DNA of 64,000 nt from Octopus sinensis (taxonomy: Eukaryota), in the NCBI RefSeq assembly GCF_006345805.1, contig NC_043000.1, positions 146,010,001-146,074,000 of the forward strand, written 5' to 3'. The position numbers were made by a program, and so were the translations under genes. Every line of letters starts with the position of its first letter. The first letter of the stretch is position 1. The notes beneath the pieces were generated by a model, which saw only the letters and a program-made list of their open reading frames with translations, did not search any database and was not told the DNA's origin. Below are positions 50,560 to 63,254 of this stretch, one piece after another.

Positions 50560-51015
50560 CGAGCTGCGTTCTTTTTAATTGTTTGTGCGCATATGTGTGG
50601 GTCAGTGGGTGTGCGTTTACGCTTATATGTATGTATCTATGTATGTATGCATACGTGTGTGTATGCATGTATGTGTGTGCATACGTATATATGTATGTAT
50701 GTGTTTACGTTTGCATGTATGTATTCTGCATATTCATGTGTTTTTGTATTGTTATGTTTTCTGTGTCTGTCTGTGTTTGCATGTGTGTGCGTGCCTCTGC
50801 CTCCCTGTGTGTGCATGTCCGCGTCTGTCTGTGTTTGGGTTTTTGTGACTATGTACTGTGTCGGTATGTATGGATGTGTGTCTCCATATGTGTCCGGATG
50901 TGAAATGAGATGTGTGTATATGGTCACGTGTTTTAATTTTCATTTGCGTACGTATGTGTGTATGTATGTTAGTCTATTCATATTACTTATGTGCCTATCT
51001 GTCTGTATGTCTGTA
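50560..51015 (+). repeat. TG-rich interspersed repeat disguised as a microsatellite, copy 1
   Basis: Collinear unique anchors shared with the reverse complement of 63255-64000 (see findings). Confidence 0.75.
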
Positions 51016-51795
51016 TCTTAATTCAAATATTGATTACGTACCTAGTTGTCAGTCGATGAAGCACGCTCACTGCCTATCGCTACCTGACGACATCCACGGT
51101 ATTTGCACAACTGTCGCTGGATCTACCGCAGGTATTCCTTAGTGTTCGTTATCTATATAACAAATGACAGAGACGGAAAATACAAGAAAATGTATCGCTC
51201 ACAACGACCCCTACTAGGGGGACCACTGGACAACTCGTTGCCGTGCATCCGTCGGTGCAAAAGGGTTTAGTTAGGTGATTTTACAAGGGGTATCTTCTGA
51301 AATAAATCCTGTTTCGCTCCGTTTTAGTACAGTATATCGTAAGTGAACATAGATTTATGCAGTTGTGCAGGAATGGCGAGGGACAGATTTCCTTGAGATG
51401 TTATAAAGTGTCGTCTACGTCTATTTAGTTGTAAATCAAAGGCAGGGGGTAAATAAGAAGAGTAAACAAAATGAAATATATAAATAAGAATTATGTGTGT
51501 ATATGTGTGTGTGTGTAAGGACACATCCACGCTTGTGGTCCCGTGAACAGGCACACTCTCACATACTCAGTTAAGTGGATGTCATTAAACTTTTTGACAG
51601 ACGTCACAGCAGGTTTCTTCTGACTGGGTCGGTCACTTTTGTTGGTTGTATATCCTTTAGTGGCTATAGCACAAACATACACATACCACAAAATACGCTT
51701 GTACATATACATGTATATATGTATGTATATATATATATATGTGTGTGTGTGCATATATGTGTATGTATATATATATACATATTTATATATATATA

Positions 51796-52900
51796 CCAGG
51801 TCATCACATAAGTTCTGTCCGATTTTACCTGTTTTAAAATTGAATGAAATTTGATAGTATTTTAGAATGTCTAATGGAATTTAAAATTATTTTTATGCAT
51901 TTGTGTACATTGAAAATGCTCTTTTACAGAATAATAGAATTAAAGTTTCTTTGATTAAAGCCCTTTCTAACATGGAAGTATCCAAAGAGCATTGGAGGCA
52001 CATAATGCTTTATGAGTACAAAAAGGAAGCTCTGCAGCCGAAGCGACTCGAAACATACACTCAGTTTATGGGAAAGAATGCTTGAATGCAAGAACTTGCA
52101 GAAGGTGGTTTGCAAAATTCAGAAGTGGAGGTTTCAGCTTTGAAGATAAAAATTGAACAGAACATCCAGTTGAGTTTGATTACTTGAAGAAACTCCTAAA
52201 TTACCAGTTGAAGAATTGGCAATAAATTTTAGTTCAAACCATACAACTGTTCATCCGTCATCTTCAACAACTTGGTAAGGTTGCTAAACTTGGAAAATAT
52301 GTGCCTCATGAATTTTCCGAAAGCAATCGCAAAATCCCAAGTTGACATTCTGCTCTTCTCTCCATTTTCGCGAACTCATTTCACCCTTTTTGGATTTACT
52401 TGTGACTAGTGGCGAAAAATGGATCTTCTATTGAAATGTTAAATGCTGTAAACAGTGGCTTGGTAAAAGGGAAAAAAAACTCAACCACAACCGAGAAGGG
52501 AACTTCGTGGGAAAAAGGTTCTTCTCTCGATCTTGTGGGATGGCAAATGAGTGATTCACTTTGAATTGTTACCTTCTAATGCAACAATGAATGCTCAAGT
52601 CTATTGTTAGCAATTAGAGCGTTTGAACCGGGCTTTGAAGAAACAAGATCCGCTTTAGTGATTCGAAAAGGGGTGATGTTTCATCAGGACAATGCGCGAC
52701 CCAACACTGCGTAGATCAGGTTACAGAAGATCGAAAAGCTTAGTTGTGAAAAACATTCCTCATGCACCTTATTCACCCGACCTTGCTCCTTCAGACTACT
52801 ATTTGTTTCGTAGTTTACAGAATCATTTGGGGGACATAACTTTCGCAAGCCAGGACAAGTCCAAACTGACATTTCAGAGGAGGCTACAGACAGATACCAG
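51796..52900 (+). pseudogene. Mariner transposase remnant (DD34D), Mos1/SETMAR-like, 3' end lost
   Basis: MEVSKEHWRHIMLYEY, WIFY, FHQDNARP, HAPYSPDLAPSDYYLFRSLQNHL. There are 34 residues between the second and third Asp after correcting one frameshift. Starts TA-ccaggtcatcacataagtt. Confidence 0.92.
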
Positions 52901-53769
52901 CAGCGGTGAATAATATCGGATTGATGTCTAGAACCGTATATGAGCAGTTATCGTTACTTTGAATTAAAAATACATAGGTTGATAATTGCTTATCAATTTA
53001 CAGTAATATTATGTACAAATAAAAAAAAAACGATGAAGGAAAAAACTGTAGTATCTGCATACTAATACTACCTTCCGTATTCAATTTAAAATTGCTTACG
53101 AGACATAATGGTATGTAGAAAGTGATTCTCTTTCTTTTTTAATTTGTGTCCAAATATCATTATACGATATAACGATACGTATAATGGGGGAGAAGGCAAG
53201 ATAGAAATATAAAGAAACACGGATGGTACTAAAGCGTAATAATACTTTTTCAACATGTATATGTAAAATAGCAGTGTAAACATTCAAATTCATGTAACAA
53301 AATCGAATCACGTTATTAGGCATCAATATTAGGCAAATATCCACATATCCAGAATTATCGGTATATTGCGTTGTATGCTTTACTATAACAAGTAATATCA
53401 TTTTAGTTGGAATAACAATGGTTTGTTGTAAAAAGTGTATTTTCATATATATTCTAAAACAATTTCCATTTAAAATTCTCGTTTTCTTTTTTTAGTAATT
53501 TTTTTTTTTTAAATTTCAAAAATAATAGCGTATACAACTACGTAAGACAAGACGTAAAACTTACGAATATACAAACATTGTAAAAGTACCAACGCGTCTT
53601 CAGTCAGTATAAACAATAAAAGACCATAAAACTAGTGAAATTCGAAACGGACAGCAATAAATATCTTCTGCTTACATACAAATGCGTTCTCATTTTCTGT
53701 GTTATCAGCAAAATTATCAAAAAGCATGAATACATATTTTGCAAACAGATCACAAATAACTTTCATTAC

Positions 53770-54385
53770 GTACACACACATATTTGCACACATGTATGTG
53801 TGTGTGTGTGTGTGTATGTGTGTGTATGTGTGTATGTATACGCATCAATACACACTACATACGTACACCATATGACTCAGAGATAATATTATCACAAGGT
53901 ATATATGCATTTATCCACCTTTACACATGTATATATATATATATATATATAATATATATATATATATAAATACACACACACACACATATGAATACATATG
54001 TACAAGCGTGCGTGTATATGTACATCTATGCGCATGCGTGAATTACCTTCAGGGAGGAACAATGCTTAGGAAGATTTTCCTATTTATTTATACATTACAT
54101 TACTTTTATGTTATGTATTTTGATTTGTTTTATTTTATTATAGTATTCAATATCAGAAAATCTCAAGTTGTATAGTTTGCTCTATTCTGATGGATATCCC
54201 GATCAAAAGATGTTTACTCTTTTTGTCTTATCCTAAATCTTATTAACTGCCGACCATTGCAATAAATCCACATTGGTACATATTTTAGATTTCATCGATA
54301 TTTCCATTCCCTCCCTATGTCTCTACTTTTCTCCGTTTGTTATTCATCATCTCTATGCATGTGTATATGTATATATATATACGTG

Positions 54386-54450
<65 letters not shown>

Positions 54451-54456
54451 CGTGTG

Positions 54457-54495
<39 letters not shown>

Positions 54496-54522
54496 GTATG
54501 TATCTATCTATATCTATAAATG

Positions 54523-54555
<33 letters not shown>

Positions 54556-54616
54556 CATATATATATTCAGTGATATTCAGTATATTTCTGCAAACGCAAA
54601 AATATATATATGTGTG

Positions 54617-54680
<64 letters not shown>

Positions 54681-55119
54681 GTGTGTATGTGTGTGTGTGT
54701 GTGTAGATAGGTGTATTTGTGATTCGGTTTCTAAATATGTGTGGGCGAAGATAATGGTATTTATGTATAGATATATATCTCTATGAATGTCTGCATTAGT
54801 CGATTTTGGTATTGCTAAAACTCTGCTTCTAATGTCCACATTCATACATAATACATATGTAGATTTGTGTACGCACGTAAAATTTCCTTTTACAGCTCTG
54901 GTACAATCGTTTATCATTTTCTTTCTATCTGTATCTCCTTATCTCTTACATATTTCTCTTTGATTTTGTCAACTCTATGATATCACTTTCACTCTCCCCA
55001 CCCATTCCTTTACCGTAAATACATTTTGAGCATACATATATATATATATACACAGACGTGTGTGTACAAGCATGTGTGTTTCGTTTCTTCATATCGGTAT
55101 ATATGTTCAGGCAGACCAT

Positions 55120-55207
<88 letters not shown>

Positions 55208-55386
55208 TTATATATGTATGTATATGTATGTATATGTATATATATATACATACATATAAATATATATATATATAAATACTCATATATACATACATATAAA
55301 TATATATATATATAAATACTCATATATACATACATATAAATATATATATATATATAGATACATATATATATATATATATACATACA

Positions 55387-55419
<33 letters not shown>

Positions 55420-55445
55420 GTATGTATGTATGTATATGTACATAT
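53770..55445. repeat. Cluster of long (TA)/(TG)/(CA)/(TACA) microsatellites (53770-53990, 54350-54705, 55030-55445)
   Basis: Directly visible. Explains the many IY/VC-repeat ORFs. Confidence 0.95.
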
Positions 55446-55459
55446 ATACAATACATGTT

Positions 55460-55699
55460 TACTTCTGGAGTCATACCAAGCACATAAAGTTTTCCGGTTT
55501 CAGTGGCGTATATATTCTTCACCTGGATGGAATGCCGATCCGTCAAATGATTACTCATTTTGGCCAGCTGAGTAGACTGGAGTAACATGAAACGAAGTGT
55601 TTTGCTCAAGAACACAACGCATCACCCCGTCCAGGAATCGAAATCTCAATCTTGCGATCATGTGTCCAACGCCCTAACCACTAAGCTATGCGCCTCCAC
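55460..55699 (-). mobile_element. tRNA-derived SINE with CORE-like box
   Basis: Minus-strand head gtggaggcgcatagcttagtggttagggcgttgg...ttcgattcctgg, then gtgttcttgagcaaaacact...ctccagtctactcagctg...aatgagta. Confidence 0.85.
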
Positions 55700-56117
55700 A
55701 CAAACACACATATATAAATATATGTTTTCATGTGTGTATATGCATATATATATACACACATAGATACATGCATACATACATAGAGGCACATATATAAAAC
55801 ACATTCATTCATACATAGACACATATCTAAGTTTCTAAACTCAAATTTGACAGGTTTTCATCTATCTACGACTGATAACATAAAGTGCATATTGTCAGTT
55901 GTAGGATGCAGGCCGCCCGACTGTTCAATCTGCACAAAAGACGAGGACAGCCAAATGAACAACAAGCAGGTGTATTAGTTTAATGCTCTGGTGGAATAGA
56001 AAAGTCTTTGATGATTCAAGCCGTCGCTCTTCCACAGAAAGGATTGAGAGGCAAAAAGACGGAGAGAGAAACGATATGTAGAGATTAACGGCTCGACATG
56101 ATGAAACAAGAAATGTT

Positions 56118-56118
56118 T

Positions 56119-56199
<81 letters not shown>

Positions 56200-56215
56200 A
56201 TTAGATAGATAGATA
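56118..56215. repeat. (GATA)n(GA)n microsatellite
   Basis: Directly visible. Confidence 0.97.
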
Positions 56216-56363
56216 TATATTTTTGCAGAACCGCTAAGTTATACCGGTTGCCAGGCGGTGATAGGGGCCTAGCACAGTCATAGACAGACACACACACACA
56301 AACACACACAAACATGCACACACACACACACAAATACACATATATATATATATATATATATAT

Positions 56364-57590
56364 CAAGGGTGCGTAATGTATTTGAGGATATATTTTGGGG
56401 TCATTACTGCATTTCTTGCGCACCCAGTATAATCTTTGTTTCAGAAAATAACAATGGTAGGCGCTCGGCGTCCTCAAGAAATGAAGAGGCATGCTGTTAT
56501 TGTAGTTATAAAGGCTAAGAACAGCGATTTAGAAAATATCTTGATTTTTAAAAGTTGCCAGAACTTTCGTCTACAAAGTTGAAGATAGAAACGTGTCACC
56601 ATTCTAAAGCATAAAATCATTCTAAACGCTCTGAAATCATCAGAACACATGAATTTATCCAGCAAGTTCAACAGACCATTGAATACAATCCGGAAAGTCC
56701 ATGAGGTCAAATGCAAATGATCGCTATGTGTCAGAAGGAAGAGTCAAAAATGTTGTCCACAAAGACGTCAGATATGAGTCTTATATGATGAGGAAAGATC
56801 AATTTGTCCGAAAAATCAATAGAAAATCGCTACATCAGTCCTAAAATGCTCTGGAAAAAGAACTGAAAAATCCAACTGAAGAAGATTTGATTTGGTTTTT
56901 CTCAAGCGAGAAATACTTCGACAAAGTCAGAAAGTGAACAAGAAATGACAGATGGTTATGGGCAGACCCTTCTGAAGTGTTATGCATTCAAAATTTCCTG
57001 CAACTGTCAGTAATGAAGGAATTGTCAGCAATGACGGACTTGTGATGCCTCCTTACTTCTTTCAACAAGGCATTCGAGTTATCTCTCTGCTGCCTACATC
57101 GAGGTCCTGGAAATAATTGTTAAGTCGTGGATAGACAGTGTATGCAATAGAAGGCCATGTGTGTTTCAGTAAGACTCTGCACTCTCACACAGGGCTCTAG
57201 TAAAAAGGGAAAGGATGGCTGAAAATTTTCATGATCACATAACCTCTAACATTTGGCCCCTGATTCCGCAGATCTCAATCGATTGAACTATTATATATGG
57301 GAGAAAGATGTCAATGAAAATGCCCATAACACCAAAGATCCTTTGGAAGCTGCCATAGGCAGAGTAATGTCCAAAATGACCCAGGTCCACTTGATTCGAA
57401 CATTTAGATGATTTAGATCTCATACAGAAGCTGTTGTTGAAGCTGAAGTTGGCTTTATTGAATAACATTATAGAAAAGAAGCCTTATTTTTAACATCATA
57501 CCATCTTATGATAATTAAAGTTATTATTTCTTATTATATATCTGTTGTGTTATAAACATAAATCTGTCCCCACATATCGTACGTGCCCTG
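56364..57590 (+). mobile_element. DD37D (maT-like) transposon, decayed, embedded in (TA)n
   Basis: MHSKFPATV, DSALSH...WP(fs)PDSADLNRLNY with 37 residues from DSA to the third catalytic position (now Asn). TIR-like ends caagggtgcg.../...gtgccctg. Same family as 10859-12069. Confidence 0.87.
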
Positions 57591-57604
57591 CACATGTATA
57601 TATA

Positions 57605-57643
<39 letters not shown>

Positions 57644-58017
57644 TAGCTCAAAGTAATTATAATTAGTATTTTAGTATTAGCTGGTGTTGTTGCCTGAACA
57701 TCAGAAATTGAAGCGGCAGCAGCAACATTAGCAGTTCTAGTAGTGTTAGTAGTAGTAGCAGTTCTAGTAGTGTTAGTAGTAGTAGTAGTAGTAATTGCAG
57801 CAACACCAGCAAGAGTAATAGCAGCTTCATCTTGAGCCTCGGCAGTACCAGCTATTGTAGTTTCTGTAGCATCATCATTTGCCGGATTTCGGATACGTCC
57901 ACTCTCGTCAACAAATGAAGGTATTTTCAGGAACCCATTTTGAATGGCTTTATCATATGTTTACAATTACTAGAATTCAACAGTTTCACTCAAGATTAAA
58001 TATGGCTATACCAGATA

Positions 58018-58416
58018 TACTCTTTTACTCTTTTACTTGTTTCAGTCATTTGACAGCGGCCATGCTGGAGCACTGCCTTTAGTCGAGCAAATCGACCCCG
58101 GGACTTATTCTTTGTAAGCCCAGTACTTATTCTATCGGTCTCTTTTGCCGAACCGCTGAGTGACGGGGACGTAAACACACCAGCATCGGTTGTCAAGCAA
58201 TGCTAGAGGGACAAACACAGACATACAAACGTATACACAGACATATATATATACATATATACGACAGGCTTCTTTCAGTTTCCGTCTACCAAATCCACTC
58301 ACAAGGCTTTGGTCGGCCCGGGTCTATAGCAGAAGACACTTGCCCAAGATGCCACGGAGTGGGACTGAACCCAGAATCATATGGCTGGTTACCAAACTAC
58401 TTACCACACAGCCACT
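58018..58416 (-). mobile_element. Family-A SINE, near consensus
   Basis: Reverse complement of the 18067-18515 type, with tactcttttactctttt tail. Confidence 0.93.
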
Positions 58417-60640
58417 GACCATCTTTAACTTAAGCAGCCAGTCATAAAGCGAATGCAAGATAAGACATGAAAAGCGGCTACGTAAAGCTAAAGAAAGATC
58501 GATGATCCAACACGTGAAAATTTGTAATCTATTTGCCACATCAAAACCTGTTCTCACACTATCTATTATTGGCAAAGACCCCAAACACAATGTGCAATAA
58601 TACAAAGTTGGAAGGAAAACAGAAGTGACGGACGAAAATCATATTTCAATAATATTTTAGACTAGACATATCACTTGATTATATTAACCAGTATTAAGCT
58701 GATGTAAACATCTTCCCTAATGAAGTTTGCTTTATACGTATAATGAATATAAATATTATATATAAATATATTGCAATCGATATTTTTATTGCATATAACA
58801 TGTATAATTTTCACAATACATCGGTTTGATGGTTAATCAGTTGCAAATGAACGAAGATATATGACCACTAATCCAATTAGGACCGGCAATTAATTTTATT
58901 AGCTCGTATACACAATTTGGGCTTATAATTTAGAAACGGCTACATTAATTTGCCTAATTACTCTAGACAGTTCTCTTTAAATTAGGTATGATGACATAAG
59001 TATATCCATCGTAAATAAGTGGTGAAGACTTGTTATATATTCGAAAATACTTAAGTAGATAAAATCTTTTGAACGGAGGTTCTTGTGTGGGATAAAATGC
59101 GTGTTTCTCTATATAGGGAAATCGTAATTTTTGTTGCGTTTTAAATTGTGTTACAATAAAGAGAACACTATAGGTTTATTTTCAAACATAACTGTTAGTT
59201 ATTTTATATGAGAACAGTATGTGAGTTTTCTTAGTTGTGATCATCACGTAACTCTTTCTACATTCAACCTGAATGTCACAATGTCTGATTGCATCTTAAA
59301 CCTGGGATCTGAAATACAAATAGTGTTCACAATAGTCACCATAAACACAATGATTTCTCTCACTTACGGAAGAGATCATAAACCTGGGGAAGAGCATAGT
59401 TACTATGTATCAACTTATTTGCATGTATAAAGCATAGTGTATTGAGGAGAGGCATATGGATGACATAGTTCCACTGAAGTTATTTCAGATCTAATTGCAT
59501 AGCCGTTTCTTTAACTGTGCAAATACGCAAAATACGCATTTATTATGTAAGGATTAAATTGGTGATGTATTCTACATGGTTTATAGCAAGCGTATTGGAA
59601 CAGAAGGGAATTGAATTCAGTGCCAACAGGTGTTCAATTTGCTTCATGCATTAATATGTCCGTTTGTTGATAGTAATCTCTACTGAGCACTAATTCATCT
59701 GCTCGTACATTGCGTTTGAGCCATTCTGCATTATTATCAACTTCACAGGATATACAACAATATTGTTCGTATTCTATTGAGGATATTCAGTCTATCCTAT
59801 TGATGATACACATGTATAGTCTGAAATAGGTTTAGTGTAAACTAACACTGACATTTACCATCTTGCCAATATAAATAAATGTAAATAAGAATCAATAGCA
59901 ATGGAATTAGGGAATAATGTTCAGCAAATTTTGCATAAGTTTCTCTGTGAAATCTCATCACATGTTTACTAATAAAGGTGTTGTATTTATATATTTTTAT
60001 ATTTTGGAATATTTCACTGGCTTACTAGAGGAATGCAACCCACGTGCTTTTGCCATCAGCTTCAATTTACTACTTCATATCTTTAATAAATATTCGCAAA
60101 AAATTTCGCCCACTGATATAATATTCTGCTACACAAGAAATAATTACTGCAGTTAACAATTCAAATTTCACTTGATACATTCAAAGCATTTTCAGAAAAA
60201 TCTGAACCTTACGATCTGCTTCCTTCTCATTAAAGACTGTGGAATATTAATAGAGGCAGTTTAATGAGGGTTCATTTTCGCTTTTCAATTTCGACCACAT
60301 TCATGAATTAGTATCAATTAAAAATATGTAGATAATATAGTGTACTATGGTATTTAATAAGTAGTTTTATAAAATTTTTAATAGTTTGTATGACATCCTG
60401 TATTATTTTAAAATAACATTCTAACGTGTATTAATATCATGAAGGTTAAAATTAACAATTTTTTTTTTTACCAAAGCTATAGTTCTATGTTGAGGTTGGA
60501 ATTTACTTTTGACTGCTTGATGTAAAGACTTTTTCAGAATAAGCAGAAGATTCCACTGAGGTGTGGTCGTAGTGAAAAAAACAGTTAGGAAGTTTTAAGG
60601 TCAGCGCAATTTTATTAATTACAGACATATAAAAAACAAT

Positions 60641-60812
60641 GAGCTGGCAGACAAAATTCTTAGCGATATTTCATCTCTATGTTCTCAGCTGAAGTCTTGC
60701 TGAGATCGACTTTGCTTCTCATCCTTTCATGGCTGATAGAAATGTACCAGTCAAGTACTAGGATCAATGTAATCGAAATCTTTTCTTGAAAAACTTCTGG
60801 CCTTGTGCAAAT
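60641..60812 (+). mobile_element. Diverged family-B SINE
   Basis: gagctggcaga head, gatcgactttgcttctcatcctttc, gtaccagtc...ggccttgtgc. Confidence 0.7.
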
Positions 60813-61064
60813 AAATATAAACCTTTAATAACAAAGATATTGACTTGCACAAACCTGAGTCAACAACATTGATTGCACTAATTCAGGAAGCAGATAATGC
60901 ACCAACTAGTTGTAGAAAAAGCTCTCGATAATTTAAAATAGAACTATTGGTAAGACAAAATTCCGAAAGGTTAGTAGAAAACGTTGGTGCATCTAAAAGA
61001 AAACTAGAAATATTGTGTTTAAAATTAACAGTTCATCTTTAAAATAGAAATAATTTCATACTAA

Positions 61065-61226
61065 GGATGCAGGAGCGGCTGTGTGTTATGAAGGTTGCCT
61101 CCCAACTACGTGGTTCTGGGTTCAGTCCCACTGCATAGTAACTTGGGCAAGTGTCATCTACTATAGCATCGGAGCAACTAAAGCCTTGTGAGTAAATTGG
61201 TAGACAGAAACTGAAAGAAGCCTGTC

Positions 61227-61300
<74 letters not shown>

Positions 61301-61775
61301 TAATCCAAACAAGAAAACACAAAAAAACACAACAACGCGAGGACGCAGAACAAATATAGTATTATTGGACGCTCAGGAAAGAAGGGAAGAAGGAGGGTTT
61401 AACGTTTCGAGCGGAGCTCTTCGTCGGAAACATAGGAGAAGGAAAGATCCAGAGAAGGGAAGACAGGGGAAAAAATCGCCAACGGTACACACGAGGTCAC
61501 ATTTCGAATGTGTGTGTGTGTGTATGTATGTGTATGTGCGTGTGTAGGTGTGTGTTCATATGTGCGTGTGTGTGTGAATGTGTGTGTCTGTGTTTGTCAA
61601 CTCCTCACCACCTGACAGCTGATGTTGGTATGTTTACATACCCGTAACTTAGAGTTTCGGCAAAAGAGTGCGATATTATATGTACCAGGCTTCGAAAATA
61701 CGTACTGGGGTTGACTCATTCGACTAAAAATTCAAGACCGCAGTCTAATGACTGAAATAGGTAAAAGTTAAAAGA
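61065..61775 (+). mobile_element. Family-A SINE split by a nested hammerhead element (left half 61065-61228, right half about 61590-61775)
   Basis: Head and body to gaagcctgtcgtatata, then (TA)n, insert, (TG)n, then tgtttgtc...gatgttggtatgtttac...gactgaaataggtaaaag. Confidence 0.85.
61295..61500 (-). mobile_element. Second copy of the (TA)n-anchored hammerhead-like element (motif 61397-61431)
   Basis: Same taaagttaatccaaacaagaaaacac terminus and a 35-nt core identical to 49982-50016. Confidence 0.78.
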
Positions 61776-62087
61776 AAAGGGAACCAATGCAAATATTGTC
61801 AGCAAAATGTCTGCTGAAACGTACTTCCATCCCAGAGAGCTATTTTAAACATAGAAAAGAAGTTATAGATAACTTTTGCAAGAAAAATATACACACATTC
61901 ACAAATACAGCACTTAACGGCATCTATTGATATGATGACTTCATGTTATTTTTTCCCTATATATTATTAAAAATATCATCATGTATCTGATTTATGAAAA
62001 AAAAATCACAGACTACAGCACATTTCTGTTAGCGAATATATCATATAGTTACTCATATGCACAAAAGATACGTACGTATAAATAGGA

Positions 62088-62089
<2 letters not shown>

Positions 62090-62138
<49 letters not shown>

Positions 62139-62186
62139 TAGATAGATAGATAGATAGATAGGTAGGTAGATAGGTAGATAGGTAGG

Positions 62187-62257
<71 letters not shown>

Positions 62258-62328
62258 GTAGGTAGGTAGGTAGACAGATAGATAGATATTACATATATAA
62301 TTATATGTGTGTGTATGTGGACGCGTGT

Positions 62329-62371
<43 letters not shown>

Positions 62372-62380
62372 CGTGTGTGG
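62090..62380. repeat. (GACA)/(GATA)/(GGTA)/(TG) microsatellite
   Basis: Directly visible. Confidence 0.97.
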
Positions 62381-62603
62381 GTGTGCATAATATATTTTTC
62401 ATTCTTAAACGAAAATATTATTGACTTCGAAGTTTCGGCCAGCCTGGGACTGCGATGCATTGAAGTTAATCTCGGTTTTATATAGTATCTCTCAAGTTAT
62501 AATCTTCCGTGTGTATGTGGGTCTGAGTGGTGTGGTAATTAGATTATAGGGTGTATTGGGACAGAGTCGTATTTTGGAGAAACTGTATTGATTAAATTTG
62601 GAG

Positions 62604-63083
62604 GGAGTGGCTGTGTGGTAAGTAGCTTGTTTACCAACCACATGGTTCCGGGTTCAATCCCACTGCGTGGCACCTTGGGCAAGTGTTTTCTACTATAGCC
62701 CCGGGCCGACCAATGCCTGCAATGTTGGAGTTTCACCATCTTTAGTCGAACAAGTCGACCTCAGGACTTATTCCTGGTAAGCCTAGTACATATTTTATCG
62801 GTCACTTAGCCGAAGCGCTAGGTTACGTGTACGTAAACACATCAACATCGGTTGTCAAGTGATAGTGGGGGACAAACACAGACACATAAATAAACACACA
62901 CAAACACACAAACACACAAACACACGATTATATATAATGTGGGTTTCTTTCGGTTTCCATCTATTAAATCCATTCACAAGGCTTTGTTCGGCCTGAGGCT
63001 ATAGTGGAAGACACTTGCCCAAGCTAACACGCAGTGGGACTGCGCCCCAAATAATGTGCTTGGGAAGCAAGCTTCTTACCACA
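62604..63083. mobile_element. Two convergent family-A SINEs: + head fragment 62604-62717 and - copy 62720-63083
   Basis: The first reads ggagtggctgtgtggtaag...ccgaccaatgcc. The second contains the reverse body and head ...gaagacacttgcccaag...gcagtgggactg...cttaccaca. Confidence 0.88.
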
Positions 63084-63254
63084 ACATTATACCTAATGAT
63101 TTCAGTAGGATCTGCCCTCCATACCCACAGTTTACACAGGTAGAGTAGAATAGTTAGTGGAGTGTTATGTAGATAGATGTATGCATGTGTCTGTGTGGGT
63201 GTGAGTGTATGGGTGTGTACACATGCATTTTTTGTATGTAAGCATATGGATATG

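Noticed and set aside
57640-57960. About 105-codon stop-free Thr/Ala-rich minus-strand frame (mucin-like)
   Set aside because: Built from degenerate ACT/GCT triplet repeats, has no start codon, and runs into (TA)n and a transposon end.
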